Shown piece after piece: positions 12,159-22,200 of a stretch of 64,000 bases of DNA. Both the position numbers and the translations under genes were made by a program. Location: the NCBI GenBank assembly GCA_038087875.1, contig JAXLNO010000080.1, positions 1 through 64,000 on the forward strand, written 5' to 3'. Every line of letters begins with the position of its first letter. Positions within the stretch are counted from its first letter, which is position 1. Source of the DNA: Malacoraja senta. Lineage: Eukaryota. The notes beneath the pieces are model-generated. The model searched no databases. It saw only the letters and a program-made list of their open reading frames with translations, and was not told where the DNA came from.

Positions 12159-15040
12159 TTAAAGGGCTTCAAACCACCGTTTAAAACATCGCGTTTAACG
12201 ATGACGTCATCAGCGCGGTAACCAGAAGCTCCGGTAAGGTTTTTAAAAACAATCCCGATTTTCGGACCCGTTTTACACGATAAATCGTGAAGTTTTTCGG
12301 GAGAGGAGCTGGGTGCACGTCTGTTAGTCTAACATGACGCCACCGGAAGTTAGACTAACTGGTCTGTAATTCCCCGTTTTCTCTCTCCCTCCCTTCTTAA
12401 AAAGTGGGGTTACGTTTGCTACCCTCCAATCCTCAGGAACTACTCCAGAATCTAAAGAATTTTGAAAAATTATCACTAATGCATCCACTATTTCTGGAGC
12501 TACTTCCTTAAGTACTCTGGGATGCAGCCTATCTGGCCCTGGTGATTTATCGGCCTTTAATCCATTCAATTTACCCAACACCACTTCCCGACTAACCTGG
12601 ATTTCACTCAGTTCCTCCATCTCCTTTGACCCCCTGCTATTTCCGGCAGATTATTTATGTCTTCCTTAGTGAAGACGGAACCAAAGTAGTTATTCAATTG
12701 GTCCGCCATATCCTTGTTCCCCATGATCAATTCACCTGTTTCTGACTGCAAGGGACCTACATTTGTTTTAACTAATCTCTTTCTCTTCACATATCTATAA
12801 AAACTTTTGCAGTCAGTTTTTATGTTCCCTGCCAGTGTCCTTTCATAATCTATTTTCCCTTTCCTAATTAAGCCCTTTGTCCTCCTCTGCTGGTCTCTGA
12901 ATTTCTCCCAGTCCTCTGGTATGCTGCTTTTTCTGGCTAATTTGTACGCATCATCTTTTGCTTTGATACTATCCCTGATTTCCCTTGTTATCCACGGATG
13001 CACTACCTTCCCTGATTTATTCTTTTGCCAAACTGGGATGAACAATTTTTGTAGTTCATCCATGCAGTCTTTAAATGCCTTCCATTGCATATCCACCGTC
13101 AACCCTTTTAGAACTAATTGCCAGTCAATCTTGGCCAATTCACATCTCATACCCTCAAAGTTACCTTTCTTTAAGTTCAGAACCGTTGTTTCTGAATTAA
13201 CAATGTCACTCTCCATCCTAATGAAGAACTCAACCATATTATGGTCACTCTTGCCCAAGGGGGCACGCACAACAAGTCTGCTAACTAACCCTTCCTCATT
13301 ACTCAATACCCAGTCTAGAATAGCCTGCTCTCTCGTTGGTTCCTCTACATGTTGGTTTAGATAACTATCCCTCATACATTCCAAGAAATCCTCTTCCTCA
13401 GCACCCCTGCCAATTTGATTCACCCAATCTATATGTAGATTGAAGTCACCCATTATAACTGTTTTGCCTTTGTTGCACGCATTTCTAATTTCCTGTTTGA
13501 TGCCATCCCCAACTTCACTACTACTGCTAGGTGGCCTGTACACAACACCCACCAGCGTTTTCTGCCCCTTAGTATTTCGTAGCTCTACCCATACCGATTC
13601 CACATCCTCCAAGCTAATGTCCTTCCTTTCCACTGCGTTAATCTCCTCTCTAACCAGCAACGCTACCCCACCTCCTTTTCCTTTCTCTCTATCCCTCCTG
13701 AATATTGAATATCCCTGGATGTTCAGCTCCCAGCCTTGGTCACCCTGGAGCCATGTCTCCGTGATCCCAACTATATCATAATCATTAATTGCTATCTGCA
13801 CGTTCAACTCATCGACCTTATTACGAATGCTCCTTGCATTGAGACACAAAGCCTTCAGGCTTGTTTTTACAACGCTCTTACCCCTTATACAAGTATGTTG
13901 GAAAGTGGCTCTTTTTGATTTTTGCCCTGGATTTGTCTGCCTGCCACTTTTACTTTTCACCTTGCTACCTATTGCTTCCGCCCGCATTTTGCACCCCTCT
14001 GTTTCTCTGCTCACCCATTTAAGAACCCCACCACCTCTTATTCTCTGTTAATTATTGTTTTCTTCTTTCCCCCCTACATGTTGGGTCTGAGTGCTTTCCA
14101 TAAGATCCTCCCTCAATCTTCTAAATTCCAGCGAGTATAAGCCGAGTCTATCCAGTCTTTCTTCATATGAAAGTCCTGACATCCCAGGAATCAGTCTGGT
14201 GAACCTTCTCTGAACCTTCTCTGTACTCCCTCTATGGCAAAAATGTCTTTCCTCAGATTAGGAGACCAAAACTGTACGCAATACTCCAGGTGTGGTCTCA
14301 CCAAGACCCTGTACGGGTGGGTGAGGGTGGTTTCGGGTAGGTGAGTGTGGTTTCGGGTGGGTGAGGGTGGGTTTGGGTGGTTTCCGGTGGGTGAGGGTGG
14401 GTGTGGTTGGTGAGGGTGGTTTCGAGTGGGTGAGGGTGGTTTTGGGTGGGTGTGGGTAAAAAAAAATCACAAACCATACGTAAGTAAGTAAGTAAATTTT
14501 ATTTATATAGCACGTTTAAATCAACTCGCGTTGAAACCAGAGTGCTTTACATAAAAGAAATAATGACGTTTCCGTACATCCATAGAATTTTTAAAAAAAA
14601 AATAAAAAATGACACAACACATTATAGAATTCAACATGAACTTCCCCCCACAACAGAATCAAAATTTTCCGCTGTCCACGGCATCAAAAAGTTAAGTCCT
14701 CTTCCTCTGTGATCACCCAAATTACATTTTACTCAGATGCAAGCCAAGGAATGGCATGATTGTTAGCTGTTAATTGGACATAATCAACCTCAGCAAATTG
14801 ACAATATCCTATTGAAGGACAGTGGGTGTTTAAGCTGTCAGGACATTTTGTTGTTTGCCAAAATATACATCTCAATAGCATAATGATAGAAAACTTTTCT
14901 ACACATCACTCGTAAGTCTGGAGATTTCTTTAATGATAAATTTAGCTTCAGAAGCGTTTTCTTTTTGCATGTACAAACCCACTTCAGAACCATGGGCGAT
15001 TTTAAAATTTTACAGCCAGATTTATCACTTCTGAAACTTT

Positions 15041-15304
15041 TTAGATACCAAAGGAATCAAGAAAAAACCCAAATAATGCCTTGCTGTTGATGAAATGCAG
15101 TGAGCAAAGGCGATAATTCCCAATATTTTGAATCTCGATATCTGTACGGCCAATGTTCGCCAAGCACTTTTGCTGTTGTTGTCCCTTCAGCTGTTGCTTC
15201 TCTTTACCTTCATTTCGCTTCACTTTTGGAATTCTGAAATAGGATAGATGTCTCTCACGGTTACCCCGACTTCCACAATTATTTACAGCGCAAAAATTCA
15301 CCAT
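15041..15304 (-). mobile_element. THAP-domain ORF remnant, probably from a DNA transposon
   Basis: MVNFCAVNNC...FRIP...KCLANI...LCSLHF (C2CH THAP pattern; the conserved Trp is replaced by Cys); no intact downstream transposase seen. Confidence 0.65.
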
Positions 15305-15437
15305 TTTGGCATTTTTTAACAGGTAGGAAAGTACGCGTTTCGTGTATTAACAACATATACCGGAAGCTGCGATGTCCTCCAGAGCAGCTCCATGCGTCAT
15401 GCCCTTTGACCCGGTGACCTTGCGTGCAACCCCCCTA

Positions 15438-15908
15438 TACACACACACACACACACACACACTCTGAGACACACACGCACTCAGACACGCACGCACTCAG
15501 ACACGCACGCACTCAGACACGCACGCACTCAGACACGCACGCACTCTTAGACACGCGCGCACTCTCAGACACACACACACACTCTCAGACACGCACGCAC
15601 GCACACACAGACACACACACACAGACTCTCACTCACACACACAGACTCACACACACAGACTCACTTACACAAACACAGACTCACAGACACACACACAGAC
15701 ACACACACACACACACAGACTCACACAGACTCACACACACAGACTCACTCACACACACACAGTCACACACACGCACACACAGTCACACACACACACACAG
15801 TCACTCACACACACACAGTCACACACACTGACACACACACACACACACACACATTCACTCACACACACAGTCACTCACACACTGACTCACACACACACAC
15901 ACACTCAC
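15438..15908. repeat. CA-rich compound microsatellite
   Basis: (CA)n, CACAGA and CACGCA runs. Confidence 0.95.
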
Positions 15909-16095
15909 AACCAATACTAAAACATTAACAACTCTCTGATTTTTCATCGATGGGAAAAAGCCTCTGGTCCAGCTCAGCGGAGGGGGACTGTGAGCGAGGT
16001 GGCCAAACATCACGTCCGTAAGTGGCGGCGTTCTTTCAGAAATCACGAATCAGAAAGTCAGAAAGTGGTCAAGATCTTAGTTTTAGTAATATAGA
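15909..16095 (-). mobile_element. Possible non-autonomous Helitron 5' end
   Basis: A|TCTATATTACTAAAA start on minus, followed by a microsatellite. Confidence 0.4.
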
Positions 16096-16200
16096 TGAAG
16101 TAAAAAATTCAATTCCAAACATTGCAACGTTGCACTTGTCAAAGTCCAAGCCTTTACTTTCCACTCTCTTCACAGTATTCATGTTTATGTTTTTACTGTT

Positions 16201-16242
16201 TCAGCATAGATGACACTCATCTTCCTTTGAAGAAACAAGGTT
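16201..16242 (-). CDS. Last coding exon NLVSSKEDECHLC* (an overlapping frame gives ...SVIYAETVKT*)
   Basis: Strong acceptor tttccttctcttTCAG; TGA at 16201-16203. Confidence 0.58.
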   Translation of the reverse strand, partial: NLVSSKEDECHLC

Positions 16243-19200
16243 CTGAAAGAGAAGGAAATACCAATTGTATTTAAGACCGTTGCTGTTGTCGCTGTTTAGA
16301 TCAGTAAACAGATTACAGCTTTAATTCATACTTGTACGATCTGGGATTTCACAACAAGAATCAATATACTTACAGTGCCTGATGCTTGATTGGAGAACAG
16401 TGTATTATCGCTGCTGCCTGTAATAAATGCAAACATCACAATTAAAAATGACACTGGTGGATTATGTTGACAAAGGAAACGACAAATGGAACATAAAAGT
16501 CTAAAGCTTACTACATTTTGCTCTTCCTGACAGTAGATCAACAAGACATTGAATTCCAGAAAACCCATCTCTCATCTGTATGCTCATACCTCTGCATTTA
16601 CAGTGAGCTGCAGGAATGGTCAGCATGAACAAGACACCCTTATATTGCTATGGAAGGAATCGACTATGAATAAGAGAACTAGCACAGCAATTGACAGAGC
16701 AGCAGCCCTGGCAGGGCATAAGCTACGAAGCTGCATCTGTGGCTGGGAAAAGATAACATCAGAGAAGTGTCTCAAGATCCACCAGGGCAGGGAAAAGTGC
16801 CTGGGAGATCTTGGTGAGGGGCCTCGCATTGACCATTACCTTCTAAGAGGTAGGCCAAATCAGTCGAGTGAAGCCCAGTGGCAGGTTAACCACCACAGTC
16901 CACAGGGTATCAGCACCCCAGGTGAAGCTCAACCAACTACTGTCCCACCAACAGACACACACCCAGGGCTGATCACCCTGCGGTGGGCCTGCCTTGACTG
17001 AGGGTGTCTTGTGATAAAAGGCCGAAACACCCAGTGACTTTGACGTACACAACTGAAGATGTGTCTGATTGGTAACAAAATCACCTAGTGATCACCCCCA
17101 AGAATATCGGGTGTCAGTTGTGGTGAAGAAACTTAGGGATTGTAACATCCAGTCCTACTAATCAATATCAAAAATTTGTAATTCAAGGAAGATTGTGCTG
17201 ATCACTTGTAGCTCATTCAGGAGTTGTGCAGAAGAATGTTCTTCAGATGGACATAAATGGTGTCTTGGTTTCACTTCTCATCACCAACGACAATGCACAA
17301 CAGTGTTGTAACAGCAGCCTGGATGGCACTGGTTGGATCTCTGGAGTGGCTATTGTACCCATTCAGAGTAGGCTAGGGGACCAGAACCCACTTAGAGTAG
17401 GTTAGGGGACCAGACCACACTCCCTGTAGTTTAGGGAACAAGAACACACTCGGAGAAGGCTGGGGAGGCTGAACCCACCCACAGAAGGTTGGGCTCCTAA
17501 CTGAGCCTCAGCTGACTGTCCCACCTCATTTCCACGGACAGAGTGAGGGACTTTATCCCAGGAATGCCTGATGCTGTTGTAAAGTGGCCAAAGACAGCAG
17601 GGTTTCAGACTACTCAGTGCCAATAATCCTCACTGTGATAAAAGATTAAAACATATTTAAATAAAGTCATTTTACCACCAGTTGCTTTTGGCTGGAAGGA
17701 GATGGATCCATAATGAATACCTTCCTCTGTATCTGTGGAAATAAGTTGGAAACAAAGAATTTATTTGTATTTCAAAAAGGATGATTTAAGTCAATGATAC
17801 GAAACGTTGATCCTTCTGCAGTTGTACAGAGCTCTAGTGAGACCATACCTGGAGTGTTGTGTGCAGTTTTGGTTCCCTAATTTGAGGAAGGACATTCTTG
17901 CTATTGAGGGAGGGCAGCGTAAGTTTACATGGTTAATTCCCGGGATGCCGGACTGTCATATGCTGAGAGAATGGAGCAGCTGGGCTTGTACACTCTGGGG
18001 TTTAGAAGATTATATAAGATTATTAAGGGTCTGGACAGGCTAGAGGCAGGAAACATGTTCCCGCTGTTGGGGGAGACCAGAACCAGGGCCACAGTTTAAG
18101 AATAAGGAGTAAGCCATTTAGAATGGAGACGAGGAAACACTTTTTCTCACAGAGAGTTGTGTGTCTGTGGAATTCTCTGCCTCAGAGGGCGGTGGAGGCT
18201 GGTTCTCTGGATGCTTTCAAGAGAGAGCTAGATGAGGCTCTTAAAGATAGCAGAGTCGGGGGATGGGAGAAGGCAGGAACAGGGTACTGATTGGGGATGA
18301 TCAGCCATGATCACATTGAATGGCGGTGCTTGCTCGAAGGGCCAAATGGCCTCTACTCCTGCACCTATTGTCTATTGTCCATTGCCTATTGATCATCGCT
18401 TTCCCTCCATAGATGCTGCTCGACCCATAGAGTACCTCCAGCAGTTTGAAAAACCCCTCCATGAAAAGTCACATCTCCTAACCTCCTTGTTTTGACTTCT
18501 TCCTGGGATGGTGGAAATTACAAAGAGAATTTGAGTTAATTTGGCTTGTGGGGTTTAGAAGAATGCCAATGGTTCTCATGGAAACATAGAAAATTCCAAC
18601 AGGTAGACCAGTCTGGATGGAGGAAGATGTTCCCTGTTGACCATGACCAGGGGTAAAGGTTTAAGACAAGAGACAATAAGGATGAAGATGAGGAGAACAA
18701 AGAATCTGTTACCTTCTCTACCACACATTTGTCTGGTGCCAAATCATTCAGTACATTTAGGAGTTGTTGAATTTATTGACAGATACACAACAATGGCGAG
18801 GTACAGGTACAATGAAAATGTTGCCTGCAGCAGCATCAGAGGCATTTTGACTAAGGCAACACAACACATAAATGAAGCATAAATTACAAAGACCACAGGT
18901 TAGTGGAAAAAAAGACTGCAAAACACAAACCAGAGACGTCATATGTGGACTAAGATCAAGGAATATGGGGAGATATGATCAGCTGAGGTTCAGTTTAGTT
19001 TATTGTCATGTGTGCCGAGGTTCAGGGAAAAGCTTTTGTTGCATCAGCAGAAAGACAATATATGAACACAATCGATCCCTTTACTGTGGAACACAGTGGA
19101 ATACAATTGATCCATACTGTGGAACAAGGTTAGGAATTGATATTTGTCTCATTAAAACATGAGCAATGTCTGATTTATTGAAAGGTTCCTTCAGATTTTT

Positions 19201-22200
19201 CAAGAAAGATTTCTCTGTTCATCAGATTCATCAGAAATGTGGTCTAAATTCTGGCAAAAACAATACTGTCCACCATTTGACCACCAGGGTGATGGCTCGA
19301 GTCCCCGACCGAGGAAGAACACAAGTGAAGGACTTGAACTTTATTTCGCCTTCCATCACAGTGAGGAATGTGTAGGAGTCACAGTGGTGGATGTTCATGT
19401 TAAAATGTGTTTTTGTGTCTGTTGCTTTTTAATTGTATGACTGACCTGGCCAGTGAAATTCCTCGTATGTTGCAAAACATACTTGGCGAATAAAATCTGA
19501 TTCTGATTCTGTCTTAGGTAGAAACAAAGAACTGCAGATGCTGGTTAATACACAAAGGGACACAAAGTGCTGGAGTACCTCTGCAGGTCAGGCAGCATCT
19601 CTGGAGGACATGTATAGGTGATGTTTCGGGTCATGACCCTTCTTCAGACTCAAAAGAAGGGTCTCGATTCGAAACATCACCTCTCCACCATCTATTAATG
19701 ATGCTCAAACCATTCTGAAATGTTGTTGTTATTTTCACTTTGGAATAAAATCTGAACTAGTGGCAAAGTGAATTGGAGGCATTTAATGCGACATGATATT
19801 TTGTGAAAGGGATGGTGACTTTTGAAAGGGCAAGTGTTGTCCATTCTTTAGAGAGCCACTAAACCAAGCTGTTAAACAGGATCAACAATAAATTAGGAGT
19901 GTGAATATGTTGTTCATGGTGATGTCTCAACATTCATGGGTTGACCATGATAGTCCAGTGAAAATTAGTCAATTGACCAATGCAGAGTAAGACCTGCAGT
20001 TGGATGGGGAAGATTGGGACTGAGGGGTGAATTGACACAAGAGAGACTGTTGAATTGATCAATTAGTTTGTGTGCTTGAGGTTCCCTTCCTCACATTCGT
20101 GTTACAAAACTGTGAAATGTGAAATAGGTTGCTTCATCAAATACAACACCTCTACAACTAGAGATTCATTGACTGAGTCATCTATTTACCTTCTTGCTTT
20201 GTCTTCCTACTCACAGACATATATTCAGTAACACGGCTCATCTCAGGTACTGGGGTCACGTTAATTTCTGGAAAATAAGTATTATTTTCTGATTAAGACT
20301 TTTATCCGGCTTGATTTTAAAGAAGCAGCAATCCAGTTGAAACTGTACCCCATTAATAATGAGATCCACCAGAATGACCAGGAACATGGCTTCAGATGTA
20401 CGTCAGAGACATTCAATGGTGGGATAAGACCATGTGTATAAAATCAGAGTCCTTGGAATCACAGTGTTCCCTAAATTATGACCATATTAGGATGGTACAC
20501 AAGGCAAAGTTTTCACTTTAAGTTTGAACCACCAAAGTGCAGTGGAGATACCTTGGTCTCCTGGTTTCCTGGCCAATATTCATCCCTCAGTAAATAGGAA
20601 CATATTGAGGGCAAATTGGAGACCATATTTTCTACATGACTACACTAGCTATACTTCAACTTCTGGCATGTTTATTTGATAATGGTTTACACAGGGGATG
20701 GTGACACAATCATCACGTGGTCAGATCATTGCAGAACAGCATCTGAAATCATACAGCAGACTCCTCATGGCAACGCAGGTAGACAATCCACATTGCATAA
20801 ATAATGCTTTAATTGACCACAAAAAGTCTGAAATCAATTTCTCAACAACATAAGCACAAACAGATACTTTTCTTATCCAAAACATATTGTTCTTTTCTCC
20901 TTGTAACAAAGATAACATTGTCATTGATAATTTGGGGAATCTGTGCTGCATTAAGGATGTCATCATGTACTTTACCTGTAGGCTTGCGCTTTCTTTGACA
21001 CCACACCACTGCCAGTATAATGACGATGAGAACAGCCAGACTCCCGATAATTCCAAGAATGATGTATCCAAAATGGTGATTCTCTGTCAAAATAATTAAC
21101 ACAGAGTTCACATTTGTAGAATAAATGGACATCATTCAAAAGCTCCCCCAAAGACCAGGCATTAACCACACTGACTAATTTAGATCAGAAGTCTTAAGTT
21201 TAACTTGTGATCCAGATTCACTGAGACACAAGGTACTGCAGATGAGAGTTTACCAATAAAAGACACAAAGTGTTGGAGAAACTCAGCAGGTTAGGCAGGA
21301 GACATTTCAGGTCGTAGAAACATAGAAACATAGAAAATAGGTGAAGGAGCAGGCCATTCGGCCCTTCGAGCCTGTACCGCCATTCAATATGATCATGGCT
21401 GATCATCCAACTCAGTATCCTGTACCTGCCTTCTCTCCATACCCCCTGATCCCGATAATTCGGGATAATTCGTGGACAAGAGGATGGGGACTGGACTTTA
21501 TGCCTTCCCCACAGTGGGAACCACTGTGGGGGGATGTTTTGGTGTTGAACTTCTTTTTAATACTATGTTGTATTTTATTAGTGTGCTGCAAGGACATCTG
21601 AATTTCCCCTGAATAAGGGGATTAATAAAGTCTAATTCAATTCAATTCAATCCCTTTAGCCACAAGTGCCACATCTAACTCCCTCTTAAATATAGCCAAT
21701 GAACTGGCCTCAACTACCTTCTGTGGCAGAGAGTTCCAGAGATTCACCACCCGGAGGACATGTATAGGTGAAGTTTCGGGTCGTGACCCTTCTTCAGACT
21801 CAAAAGAAGGGTCTCGATCTGAAACATCACCTATCCACCATCTATTAATGATGCTCAAACCATTCTGAAATTTTGTTGTTATTTTCACTTTAGAATAAAA
21901 TCTGAACTAGTGGCAAAGTGAATTGGAGGCATTTAATGCTAGATGATATTTTGTGAAAGGGATGGTGACTTTTGAAAGGGCAAGTGTTGTCCATTCTTCA
22001 GAGAGCCACTAACCAAGCTGTTAATCAGGATCAACAATAAATTAGGAGTGTGAATATGTTGTTCATGGTGATGTTTAACATTCATGGGTTGACCATGATA
22101 GTCCAGTGAAAATTAGTCAATTGACCAATGCAGAGTAAGACCTGCAGTTGGATGGGGAAGATTGGGACTGAGGGGTGAATTGACACAAGAGAGACTGTTG

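Larger units (their letters stand above)
6065..12348 (-). mobile_element. Full-length L1 retrotransposon, both ORFs open
   Basis: 5' end (AC)TTCCGGTGGCGTCATG, ORF1, about 0.8 kb spacer, ORF2, A-rich 3' UTR and poly(A) tail (poly-T at 6064-6082 on plus). Confidence 0.95.
3381..14099 (-). mobile_element. Young CR1 LINE (EN+RT ORF2, one frameshift), interrupted by L1; pieces 3381-6064 and 12349-14099
   Basis: ORFs 12608-14014 (APE endonuclease: LNARS, GITETW, GDFN, SDH) and 3471-5033 (RT: PQGSVLGP, FADD). Confidence 0.93.
2415..14313 (-). mobile_element. CR1 3' fragment split in three (2415-2501, 3074-3380, about 14100-14313) by later insertions
   Basis: The pieces are collinear with the CR1 3' end when the inserts are removed. 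Confidence 0.75.

Noticed and set aside
15424..15831. His/Thr-rich ORF
   Set aside because: CA microsatellite
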